From positions 448,001-512,000 of the forward strand of contig CBDCRW010000003.1 in NCBI GenBank assembly GCA_965221125.1: 64,000 nucleotides of DNA, in the 5' to 3' direction. This DNA comes from Alphaproteobacteria bacterium (GTDB lineage: Bacteria > Pseudomonadota > Alphaproteobacteria > UBA828). Position 1 is the first letter of the stretch. The number at the start of each line of letters is the position of its first letter. The notes under the pieces were generated by a model. The model did no database searches and was not told the DNA's origin. It worked only from the letters and a program-made list of their open reading frames with translations. The translations under genes were made by a program, and so were the position numbers. Of this stretch, positions 31,011 through 40,086 are shown piece after piece.

Positions 31011-32579
31011 GTGTCGGAAGAAGCCGCGGAGACAAGCGGTCTGAACGAGGAGACGGCGCCGCTGCTGCGACTCAGCGTGCGCCGTCTCTCCAAACGCTAC
31101 GGTAACGTCCAGGCGCTCGACAACGTCGACTTCCAATTGCGTCCGGGCGAGGTCATGGCGTTGCTCGGCGAGAACGGCGCCGGCAAGAGCACGCTCGTCA
31201 AGATTCTCTCCGGCCTCGTCCAGCCCGATTCGGGCACGATCGAGATCGACGGGAAGCCCGCGTCGCTCTACCCGAGCGCACGATCCCAATCGGCGGGCGT
31301 GGCCGTCGTCCACCAGGAATACAGCTCAGTCCCCACGCTGAGCGTGGCCGAGAACCTGGTGCTGGGCCAGAAGGGCATTCCGCCGATCTGGCTGCCGCGC
31401 GAGCTCAACGCCCGCGCCAGACGGCTGCTCGCCGGTGTCGGCCTGGACTACCTCGATCCGCGCACGCCGGTGGAGCGGCTCAGCGTCGCCGAGATGCAGC
31501 TGCTCGAGGTCGCGCGCCTGCTCGTGCGCGACGCGCGTATCCTGATCTTCGACGAGCCGACGGCGGCGCTTGCCGACCGCGAGATCGAACGCGTGCTCGC
31601 CGTCATCAAGCGGCTCTCGGCCGAGGGGCGCAGCGTCATCTACGTCACGCACCGGCTGCCCGAGGTGTTCCGCCTCGCCCATCGCGTGACGGTGTTTCGC
31701 AACGGACAGAGCCTGCCGGCCAGGTCCGCCAGCGAGCTCGACGTGGACGCGGTGATCGCGATGATGCTGGGGCGCGAGCTCGGCACGATGTTTCCCGCCC
31801 GCGGCTCGCTCTCCGACGAGCCGCTGCTCCGCGTCGACGGGCTGCTGGCGGAGGGGCTCGAAGAGCCGGTGAGCCTGAACGTCCATCCGGGCGAGATCGT
31901 GGGCCTGACCGGGCAGTTAGGCAGCGGCGCCAACGCGGTGGTCCAGTCGCTCGCCGGAATGCTGCCTCCGCTCGCGGGCCGGGTCGAGCTGAAGGGCACG
32001 GAATTATCGTTGCGCAGCCGGGTCGCCACGCTCAAGAGCGGCGTTGCCTACTGCACGGCAGATCGCAAGAAGGACGGCATCTTTGCGGGACGGCCGATCC
32101 GCGAGAACCTGTCATCGCCCTGGGTGCGCGCGGTGTCGTCCGGCGGCTGGATTTCGGGCCGCCGCGAGCGCGTTCGCTCACGCGAGATCGCGGCGGAGTT
32201 CGCCATAGACGTGAAGCGCCTCGGCGCTGCGGTGGGCGCGCTCAGCGGCGGCAACCAGCAGAAGGTCGCGGTGGGCAAGTGGCTCGGCACCGAGCCCGGC
32301 GTGATCCTGCTGGAGGAGCCCACGCGGGGCGTCGATATCGGTGCGCGCGCCGAAATCTACCAACGGCTGCGCGATCTCTGCAGCGCCGGGGTCGGCATCG
32401 TGGTTGCAAGCTCCGACACGTCCGAGATTCTCGGGCTGTCGGACACCATCGCCACGTTCTACCGCGGCCGGATGATCCGCATCCTGCCGCATGACGAATG
32501 GACCGAAGACGCGCTGGTGCGGGAAGTCATGCACCGGGAGGACGAGGCGCCGGCGCCCGCCAGCGGGGCCGAAGCGTGA
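31011..32579 (+). CDS. Sugar ABC ATPase (RbsA-like, two domains)
   Basis: GENGAGKST, DEPTAAL, LSGGNQQKV, EPTRGVDIG. Confidence 0.93.
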   Translation: MSEEAAETSGLNEETAPLLRLSVRRLSKRYGNVQALDNVDFQLRPGEVMALLGENGAGKSTLVKILSGLVQPDSGTIEIDGKPASLYPSARSQSAGVAVVHQEYSSVPTLSVAENLVLGQKGIPPIWLPRELNARARRLLAGVGLDYLDPRTPVERLSVAEMQLLEVARLLVRDARILIFDEPTAALADREIERVLAVIKRLSAEGRSVIYVTHRLPEVFRLAHRVTVFRNGQSLPARSASELDVDAVIAMMLGRELGTMFPARGSLSDEPLLRVDGLLAEGLEEPVSLNVHPGEIVGLTGQLGSGANAVVQSLAGMLPPLAGRVELKGTELSLRSRVATLKSGVAYCTADRKKDGIFAGRPIRENLSSPWVRAVSSGGWISGRRERVRSREIAAEFAIDVKRLGAAVGALSGGNQQKVAVGKWLGTEPGVILLEEPTRGVDIGARAEIYQRLRDLCSAGVGIVVASSDTSEILGLSDTIATFYRGRMIRILPHDEWTEDALVREVMHREDEAPAPASGAEA

Positions 32580-33547
32580 GACTTTCGGGGGCCGTTCGCC
32601 TGCCGCAGGGCCGCGTCTGGGACTGGCTGCCGCTCGCCATCATCATCGGGCTGGCGCTCGCCGGCATCATCGTGGCGGTCATCATCACGCCGAGCTTCCT
32701 CACCGTCGACAACATCCGCGCCATCCTGCGGAACGCGTCGATCGTCGGCATCGTCGCCGTCGCCATGACGCCGATGACGCTCTCCGGCAACTTCGTCTCG
32801 CTCGCCATTGGCCAGTCGGCGATGCTGGCGATGGTGTGCTTCGTGGCGCTGGTCGGCGACGGATGGCCGCAGCCGCTCGCCATAATCGTGGTCGTCGCCG
32901 GGCTGATCGTCGTGGGCGTGATGCAGGGCGCGATCGTCGCCACCGGGCTCAACCCCATCATCACCACGCTCGCGGCCGGCGCGATCATCTTCGGTGTCGT
33001 GACGGAGATCACCGGCGCCGGCATCGTGCGAGCCGGCGACTACCTCATCGGCTGGGGCAGCAGCACGGTTGTCGGGATTCCGATCCAGGTTCTGATCTTC
33101 TTCATCTTCACTGTGGTGGTGTCGATCCTCATGTCGCGTACTGTGCTCGGGCGGGAGACCATGCTGGTCGGCGCCAATCGCGCGACCGCGCGGATCAGCG
33201 GCATCTCGTTCACCCGCGTCACCATCCTCGCGTTCGTGATCTTCTCGGTCGGCCTCGCCATCGCCGGCATCCTCAACGGCGCTGCCTTCAACCAGGCCAC
33301 GTCGCGCTCGTTCCCCAACCTGACCATCGACGCGATCGCCGCGCTGCTGGTGGGCGGCACCGCGATCCAGGGTGGGCACGGCTCGCCGTTGCGCTCGGCC
33401 GGCGGCGCCCTCTTCATCGCGGTCATATCCAGCATGATGGTGCTCAACGACTTCAGCACCGGCGGACGGCTCGCGGTCCAGGGCGGTGTCGTCGTTGCCG
33501 TCGTGGTGCTTCTCCATGAGTTGCGGCGCCGCAGGGAGGTGCGCTGA
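32576..33547 (+). CDS. Sugar ABC permease (RbsC-like)
   Basis: Multi-TM, GANRATARISG, LVGGTAIQGG; GTGA overlap. Confidence 0.88.
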   Translation: MRLSGAVRLPQGRVWDWLPLAIIIGLALAGIIVAVIITPSFLTVDNIRAILRNASIVGIVAVAMTPMTLSGNFVSLAIGQSAMLAMVCFVALVGDGWPQPLAIIVVVAGLIVVGVMQGAIVATGLNPIITTLAAGAIIFGVVTEITGAGIVRAGDYLIGWGSSTVVGIPIQVLIFFIFTVVVSILMSRTVLGRETMLVGANRATARISGISFTRVTILAFVIFSVGLAIAGILNGAAFNQATSRSFPNLTIDAIAALLVGGTAIQGGHGSPLRSAGGALFIAVISSMMVLNDFSTGGRLAVQGGVVVAVVVLLHELRRRREVR

Positions 33548-34560
33548 TGGTTGCCCGCAGCCTCGACAAGCTCAGGCCCTACGCGCTGCCTCTGGTCGTG
33601 CTGCTGATCACGTGGGGCATCATCGCCGGGATCACGCCGAGCTTCCGCGGTGTCGGCAGCATCTTCGCGGTGCTGGAGGGCTTTCCGCTCGTCGGGCTCG
33701 CGGCTCTGGGTCTCGCGGTCACGATCATCGCCGGCGAGCTTGACCTCTCCGTCGGCTCCATGGCGGCCCTCGCCGCCGTGGTGGCGGTGCTGACATCGCC
33801 GGCCGGCCTCGTCCCCTGCATCCTGATCGCCACACTGGTCGGCGTCGTTTTTGGTGCGGTGCAGGGCACGCTGATCGGCTACCTGCGGATCAACTCCCTG
33901 GTGTTCACCATCGGCACGCTGATATTGCTGCGCGGCCTCACCTACATCGCGAGCGACAACGCGCCCATCATCATCCAGAACATCACGATCACGGACCCGC
34001 TGCTGGACCGCTACGTGGTCTTCTCCATCAGCAGCATCACCGCGGTGACGGTGTTCATCCTCGCGGGCCTGTTCCTCACGTATACGCGCTGGGGCCGCGA
34101 GATCTACGCCATCGGCGGCGCGCGCAACGAGGCGATTGCCGCCGGCGTGCCGCGCATACGCCCGCTCACCGTGAGCTTCGCCATCTCGGCGGGATGCGCG
34201 AGCCTCGCCGGCGCGCTCGCGGCCACACGCGGCGGCAGCGCCGCGCCTCAGAACTATGCGGACCTGCTGCTGAGCGGGGCGGCCGCAGCGCTGCTCGGCG
34301 GCATCAGCCTCTATGGCGGGCGCGGCACGGTGGTCAACGTCGCCCTCGGCGTCGCCGTGCTCACGGTGGTCGCCACCGGGCTCGCGGCACGGGGCAGCAC
34401 CGCCTATCTGGTGCAGCTGGTCACCGGCGCGCTGCTGCTCACGATGATCGCCATCGAGTTCCTCGCCGGCCGCCTGACCATCCGCGATACGATCTTCGGT
34501 GCGGGGCTGCGCGGACGCTCGCAGGGGCCGGAAGACTCGAGCAGCCAGCGGGAGGAATGA
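33547..34560 (+). CDS. Sugar ABC permease (RbsC-like)
   Basis: GELDLSVGS, YAIGG, LGGISLYGGRG. Confidence 0.9.
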   Translation: MVARSLDKLRPYALPLVVLLITWGIIAGITPSFRGVGSIFAVLEGFPLVGLAALGLAVTIIAGELDLSVGSMAALAAVVAVLTSPAGLVPCILIATLVGVVFGAVQGTLIGYLRINSLVFTIGTLILLRGLTYIASDNAPIIIQNITITDPLLDRYVVFSISSITAVTVFILAGLFLTYTRWGREIYAIGGARNEAIAAGVPRIRPLTVSFAISAGCASLAGALAATRGGSAAPQNYADLLLSGAAAALLGGISLYGGRGTVVNVALGVAVLTVVATGLAARGSTAYLVQLVTGALLLTMIAIEFLAGRLTIRDTIFGAGLRGRSQGPEDSSSQREE

Positions 34561-34563
34561 GCG

Positions 34564-35313
34564 ATGCCGGGGCGTCTCGATGGAAAGACCGCGATCGTGA
34601 CCGGGGCGGCGACGGGGATCGGCTCGGCGACGGCGCGGCTCTTCCTCGCCGAAGGGGCAAGGGTGTTCGCCGCCGACATCAAGGAGCCGGGAGACGCGCT
34701 GGCGGCCGCGTTGGCGGAGAACGGCGAGCGCATGCGCTTCCACCATCTCGATGTGCGGAGCGAGAAGGCCTGGTCCGCCGGCCTCGCCCGCTGTGCGGAC
34801 GAGCTGGGACAGCCGGACGTTCTCATCAACAATGCGGGCGCGCTCGGCAGCGGCAAGCCGGTGCACGAGGAGACACTGGCTGGCATGACGGCCGCCTTCG
34901 AGAGCAACGTGCTCGGCATGTTTCTCGGCATGAAGACCGTGGTTCCCGGAATGATCCAGCGGGGCGGCGGCGCGATCGTCAACGTCTCCTCGGTCTGGGG
35001 CTGGTCCGGCGTCGAGAACAACGCCGCCTACCAGACGTCGAAGGGGGCCGCGGTGATGCTTTCGAAGAACGCTGGCGTCACCTACGCGCCGCACAACATC
35101 CGCGTGAACTGCCTGCTGCCGGGCTATATCGACACCCCGATGTCGCGCGGCGTCACCGAGGACGAAGCCCGGATGCTGGTCGACTTCACGCCGCTCGGGC
35201 GCCGGGCGGAGCCGCACGAGGTCGCGCCCATGATCCTGTTCCTCGCCTCCGACGAAGCCAGCTTCGTTGCGGCCGGCAACTACATGGTCGACGGCGGAAT
35301 GGCGGCGCTTTAG
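34564..35313 (+). CDS. Short-chain dehydrogenase/reductase
   Basis: TGAATGIG, NNAG, YQTSK. Confidence 0.93.
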   Translation: MPGRLDGKTAIVTGAATGIGSATARLFLAEGARVFAADIKEPGDALAAALAENGERMRFHHLDVRSEKAWSAGLARCADELGQPDVLINNAGALGSGKPVHEETLAGMTAAFESNVLGMFLGMKTVVPGMIQRGGGAIVNVSSVWGWSGVENNAAYQTSKGAAVMLSKNAGVTYAPHNIRVNCLLPGYIDTPMSRGVTEDEARMLVDFTPLGRRAEPHEVAPMILFLASDEASFVAAGNYMVDGGMAAL

Positions 35314-35328
35314 GCGGAGAGCCGCGCC

Positions 35329-36198
35329 GTGATCTACGACGCGCCGCGCTTCCTCCCCGGCGGGGACCGCTTCGTTCTCGTCGAGCTCGGAAACGAGATG
35401 AGCCTCGATCTCAATTTCGTGGCGCATGGACTGGCGCACGCGATCGCGGCCGAGCGCGTGACGGGCGTGATCGAGACCGCGCCGGCCTATGCCTCGCTCC
35501 TGGTCCACTACGACCCTTACGAGGTCTCCTTCGATCGCTTGACGGAGGAGGTCGGCGCTCTCGCCCGCTCCCTCGGCTCGTCCGACGCGATGACGCTGGA
35601 GAGCAGGCTGTTTTACTTCCCCACCGCCTATCTCGACCCGTGGAGCGCGGAGGCGGTGGAGCGCTACATCGCCGAGGTGGCACCGAAAACCCGCGACCCG
35701 GAGCTGCTGGTGGAGTCCAACGGCCTCGGCGATGTCGGGGAGCTGGTGCGGATACACGCCGCCACGGAATACTGGGTCGCCGCGATCGGCTGGTGGCCGG
35801 GCGTCCCCTTCATGATGCCGCTCGACCCGCGCTGCCGGCTCACCGCGCCCCGTTACAACCCGCCGCGGCTCTGGACCAAGAAGGGCACGGTCGGCGTCGG
35901 CGGCGGCACGACGGGCATCTACCCGGAGGACCTGCCGGGCGGCATCCAGATCTTTGCGCGCATCCCCGTTCCGATCTGGGACCGCGACCGGCGGTTCCCG
36001 ATCTTCGAGGACTCGATCTGCCTGCTGCGCCCTGGCGACCGCGTGAAGTTCGTGCCCTGCGCGCTCGACGAGTTCGATGCGGTCGAGCGCATGGTGGACG
36101 AGGCCACCTATCCCTTCAACGTCGTCGAGTACCAGACCTTCTCCGTTCCGCACTACCGCGCCTGGCTGAGAAGCATCGACGTCGAGCAGCGCTTCTGA
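35329..36198 (+). CDS. PxpB/KipI (allophanate hydrolase subunit 1) carboxyltransferase-domain protein
   Basis: GGDRFVLVE, PAYASLLVHYDP, GIYPEDLPGG.Q, LRPGDRVKF. Confidence 0.85.
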   Translation: MIYDAPRFLPGGDRFVLVELGNEMSLDLNFVAHGLAHAIAAERVTGVIETAPAYASLLVHYDPYEVSFDRLTEEVGALARSLGSSDAMTLESRLFYFPTAYLDPWSAEAVERYIAEVAPKTRDPELLVESNGLGDVGELVRIHAATEYWVAAIGWWPGVPFMMPLDPRCRLTAPRYNPPRLWTKKGTVGVGGGTTGIYPEDLPGGIQIFARIPVPIWDRDRRFPIFEDSICLLRPGDRVKFVPCALDEFDAVERMVDEATYPFNVVEYQTFSVPHYRAWLRSIDVEQRF

Positions 36199-36314
36199 TC
36201 CGCCCATGTCTTGCGCCAAACGTGCAGGGAGCGGGCGTGGCGCGAGGCCGCCGTGCTATGGTGCCGTCGCTCTTTCGGTCGCGCCGAGACCAGAGATACG
36301 AGGGGAGATGAGCG

Positions 36315-36926
36315 ATGGCCATTCGCCAGATCGCCAAGATGGGGCATCCCGTGCTGCGCAAGAAGGCCACCCCGGTCGACGACCCGACGGATCCGGACAT
36401 CGCGCGCCTCGCGGCGGACATGCAGGACACGCTGGAGTGGATCGGCGCCGCGGGGATTGCCGCGCCTCAGGTCTATGACAGCCGGCGTGTCGTGGTCTAT
36501 CGCATCCTGGCCGATCGCATCCCGCCCGGCGTCGCTCTCGAGCCGCTGCCGTGGACGGTGATGGTCAACCCCGTCATCACGCCGCTCGGCGAGGAGGTCG
36601 GCCTGATCTGGGAGCGTTGCCTGTCGCTGCCGGGCCTGCACGGCAAGGTGCCGCGCTACAAGCGGATCGAGATCACCTATCAGACCCTGGAGGGAGAGAG
36701 CCAGAAGCGGGCCGTCGAGGATTGGCACGCGATGCTTCTGCAGCACGAGTGCGACCACCTGGACGGCATTCTCTATCCGATGCGGATGACCGACCTTTCA
36801 ACCCTGGCGTTCAATGCCGAGCCTGGCGTGCTCGCCGAGGAAGCCGAGACGACGCCGGACCTGGACATGGCCCTCCGCGCCATGGTCGAAGCGTGGCCGG
36901 CCCGCGAGAAATGGCTCTCGATGTGA
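36315..36926 (+). CDS. def: Peptide deformylase-like protein with deviant motifs
   Basis: GHPVLR, GIAAPQ, ERCLS (canonical EGCLS), QHECDHLDG. Confidence 0.85.
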   Translation: MAIRQIAKMGHPVLRKKATPVDDPTDPDIARLAADMQDTLEWIGAAGIAAPQVYDSRRVVVYRILADRIPPGVALEPLPWTVMVNPVITPLGEEVGLIWERCLSLPGLHGKVPRYKRIEITYQTLEGESQKRAVEDWHAMLLQHECDHLDGILYPMRMTDLSTLAFNAEPGVLAEEAETTPDLDMALRAMVEAWPAREKWLSM

Positions 36927-36998
36927 CCGGAGCGTGGCCGACCGGATGAAGGCGGCGGCGGTGCTGCCCGCCCGCGGCGGCACGGACGGAGCGCGCGG

Positions 36999-37457
36999 CT
37001 ACTGGCCGATGATGCGCTGCTTCTCCCAGCCCTGCTCGTAAGGGCTCCACATCAGGGACATCAGCTTGACGCGCTTGAACTTCCACGCGCCGTCGACGCG
37101 CAGATAGTCGTCCTCGTATTTCGCGGCACCCCAGATCGGCTGGCGACCGTCGTCCTGGGGAAAGCTGCAGGGCTCCAGCAGAAGCCACTTGCCGGTCGCT
37201 GTGTCGCCGTCGATATCGATGATCGGGTTCATCACGTAGTGCACGGCGAAGGGCAGGTGCTGCAGCGCGCGAATGGCCTCGCGTCCCTCGTGAGTGCCGA
37301 AAACGTCGGTTTCGAATACGCCGTCTTCAGTAAACAAGTTGGCCCAATTGTCGCAATCGTGGGCATCGGCATAGTAGCAATACAAACTTCTCAGGCGCTT
37401 GATTTCCTCGATATCACGCAGATATTGGATATTTTTCTCAAGTTCGCTTGACGTCAT
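36999..37457 (-). CDS. SnoaL-like/NTF2-fold protein (LinA/BaiE-like)
   Basis: DIEEIKRL...YCYYAD, LFTEDG, HYVMNPII, YEDDY....GAWKF. Confidence 0.85.
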   Translation of the reverse strand: MTSSELEKNIQYLRDIEEIKRLRSLYCYYADAHDCDNWANLFTEDGVFETDVFGTHEGREAIRALQHLPFAVHYVMNPIIDIDGDTATGKWLLLEPCSFPQDDGRQPIWGAAKYEDDYLRVDGAWKFKRVKLMSLMWSPYEQGWEKQRIIGQ

Positions 37458-37615
37458 GCCTTTCTCTCCCGTCGATCGATCGAATTGCTCGACATCGCGA
37501 GCAAGACCTTCGCAAGCGCGCAACAGTTTCACATAGTTCCGGCACGGGGATGCCGTTGTCAACGGCACGGCACCGGCCGTGCCCGGCGCAGGCCGTGATC
37601 GGGGCGAGAATCCTG

Positions 37616-38503
37616 TCAGGCCCCCGGCGGCGACGTGCAGACCTGCTCGTAGGCGAAGCGCTCGGCGATCAGGCCGTTGTAGGCGAAGATGTCGAGCGCC
37701 GCCTCGAAGGCGGCAGGCGTGATCTCGATGTGCGGCGTCCAGCAGCCGAGCCGCTGGTAGGCCGCGATGCAGCGCTCCAGCGCCGCCGCGTCGATACCGG
37801 GGAAGAAGGATTGCTCGGCGCGGGCGACCTCGGCGGCGGGCGTCTCGTTGAGCCAGAGCCGGGCCTTGCGGTAGGCGCGGGTAAAGGCGCGGGCCATAGA
37901 TGTCTCCAGCCAGTCCGGCCGGGCGCACAGGCTGGAAAAACCGCAACGGCCCACCTGCCGGCCCACCTGCGCCACGATATGGCCGATGCCGTCCGCTTCC
38001 AGTTGCTGAGGAAACGGCCCCTGCTGCTGCACGTACTGGCCGGCGCCGTCGCGAAAGGCGCGATCGATCTCCGAGGCGCCGCCGGGGTGGATCGCCTTCA
38101 GCCGGCCGTAGTCGATGCCGGCCTTGTGGCAGGCGTACCTGAACATGGCGAGCGGCTGGCCGCCGCCGAACAGCACCACCTCGGCGCCCTCCAGCTTGCG
38201 CCAGTCGAAATCGGGGTCCGGCTCCCGCGCGGTGAGGAAGAAGCCGTCCGTCTCGTTGATCTGGGCGAAGTGCACGACGCCGGGCTCCTCGCCCTTGGAC
38301 AGCGGCCCGAAGGCCTGGCTCGGCGCCGACTGCACGACGTGGGCCGTGCCGTCCTTCAGGGCCGCGATGGCGGAGCTCCCCGGCGGCGAGACCGACCACT
38401 CCCCCTCCAGCCCCTCCTCGGCCAGGAAACCGCCTGCCATCGTCGCGATGAGCGGCGAGTAGAAGGCCGAGAACAGGGTGAACTGGATGTCGATGCGAGT
38501 CAT
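37616..38503 (-). CDS. NMT1/THI5/TauA-like binding-fold protein without signal peptide
   Basis: FYSPL....GGFLAEEGL, FAQINETDGFFL; no N-terminal hydrophobic leader. Confidence 0.78.
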   Translation of the reverse strand: MTRIDIQFTLFSAFYSPLIATMAGGFLAEEGLEGEWSVSPPGSSAIAALKDGTAHVVQSAPSQAFGPLSKGEEPGVVHFAQINETDGFFLTAREPDPDFDWRKLEGAEVVLFGGGQPLAMFRYACHKAGIDYGRLKAIHPGGASEIDRAFRDGAGQYVQQQGPFPQQLEADGIGHIVAQVGRQVGRCGFSSLCARPDWLETSMARAFTRAYRKARLWLNETPAAEVARAEQSFFPGIDAAALERCIAAYQRLGCWTPHIEITPAAFEAALDIFAYNGLIAERFAYEQVCTSPPGA

Positions 38504-38863
38504 CGGCGGTGCTCCTTCGGCCCGATAGCGGGGGGCGCGGCCCTGCCGGCCGGCAATGCCGCCCCGTCCGTCGACCTGTTGGCGGCGCGCAGAATACAGC
38601 ACCCCGATGCCCGCCGGCATTACCGGACGCTCAGCGGGTGACGTGCGCGATTATGTGTCAGTGGGGAAAGGGGTACTCCCTGTGGTTAGCGAACAGCCAC
38701 GGCGAGCACCGGGACGGCCGCTGGCGCGCCGGGCGCCTGGTCATCCTTGCAGAGCATGGCCTCTCCGACTGCACTCAACTAACATCCGATGTGGACCGTC
38801 CTGCGGGGCCGGTTGCACCCGCTTCGACACGGTCGACAGGCAATTCACGAACGGGAGGAGATC

Positions 38864-39991
38864 ATGCGACTGCTCAAGATATGCGCCCTGGCCGCCGCCG
38901 GGATGTTCTTCGCGGTGTCGGCGAGCGCCGACTACGAGGGCGTGCCCCGCACCTTCCTGTGGAACCCCGGCAGCGTCGACATCTACGACGCGGCCGAGCA
39001 CAAGAAGGACGGCCCCTACGTCATTGGCTTCTCCAACGCGAGCCTGTCCAATCCCTGGCGCGTCGCCATGCTGCACGGCATCGAGGCCGCCGCCGAGCGC
39101 AACAAGGACAAGCTCGAGCGCTTCATCATCACCGACGCGAACGACAACCCCTCCAAGCAGGCCGCCGACATTCAGGACCTGCTCGCCCAGGGCGTCGACA
39201 TCCTTCTCGTCAGCCCGGCGACCGCCGAAGCGCTGGATCCCGCGCTCCGCCGCGCGAACAAGAGCGGCGTGCCGATCGTGCTGGTGGACCGCGAGGTCAC
39301 GTCCAAGGACAGCTACATCACCTTCGTCACCGCCTCCGACCAGGCGCTGGGGCGCATCTCCGCCCAGTGGCTGGCGGAGACGCTGAACTTCGAGGGCAAG
39401 GTGGTGATGCTGGGCGGGCTGGCCGGCGCCTCGCCTGCGGAGAACCGCATCAAGGCGGCGCACGAGGTCTTCAACCAGTACCCCGGCATCGAGGTGCTGG
39501 AGGTCCAGTACACCTCCTGGTCGCCGGCCAACGGCAAGACCATCATGGCGGCGCTCATTCAGAAGTACGGCCAGGATATCGCCGGCGTCTGGGCCGATTC
39601 CGGCCTGCAGGGCTCGGGCTCGATCGAGGCCTTCCTCGCCGCCGGCTACGAGGCCGGGTCGATCCCGCCGCATACGGGCGGGGACTTCAACGCGATGTAC
39701 CAGCTGAGCGTGCAGAACCAGGTTCCGATGGTCGGCATCGACTATCCGCCCGCCATGGGCGCCGTGTCCTTCGAGTTGCTGTTCGACGTGCTGGCCGGCA
39801 AGGGCATTCCGCGCCGGATCGAGGTGAACCAGCAGATCGTGGTCTCCGAGGGCGCCGAGACCGCCTCGGTGCAGGCGGATGTCTACGTCAAGGACTACGC
39901 CCTGATGGACAAGCCGGGCTCGGTCATCATGTCGAGCGGTGTGGGCCCGGACTACGATCCGGAGACCTTCTCGGCCGATTATCCGAAGTAG
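38864..39991 (+). CDS. Sugar ABC substrate-binding protein (RbsB-like)
   Basis: Signal peptide; IGFSNAS..NPWR, KQAADIQDL; SD GGAGG. Confidence 0.9.
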   Translation: MRLLKICALAAAGMFFAVSASADYEGVPRTFLWNPGSVDIYDAAEHKKDGPYVIGFSNASLSNPWRVAMLHGIEAAAERNKDKLERFIITDANDNPSKQAADIQDLLAQGVDILLVSPATAEALDPALRRANKSGVPIVLVDREVTSKDSYITFVTASDQALGRISAQWLAETLNFEGKVVMLGGLAGASPAENRIKAAHEVFNQYPGIEVLEVQYTSWSPANGKTIMAALIQKYGQDIAGVWADSGLQGSGSIEAFLAAGYEAGSIPPHTGGDFNAMYQLSVQNQVPMVGIDYPPAMGAVSFELLFDVLAGKGIPRRIEVNQQIVVSEGAETASVQADVYVKDYALMDKPGSVIMSSGVGPDYDPETFSADYPK

Positions 39992-40086
39992 ATCACCGAT
40001 GATGGTGGGCGATCCCCCGGCCCGGACCGGCGGGGGACCGTTCGCCGCGGCGGCCGGTCGTTGCCGCTGCCCGGAGGAACGGCGAG

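Noticed and set aside
38504-38863. Riboswitch in the long spacer before the SBP
   Set aside because: Only imperfect hairpins; no known aptamer consensus recognised (Rfam scan needed)
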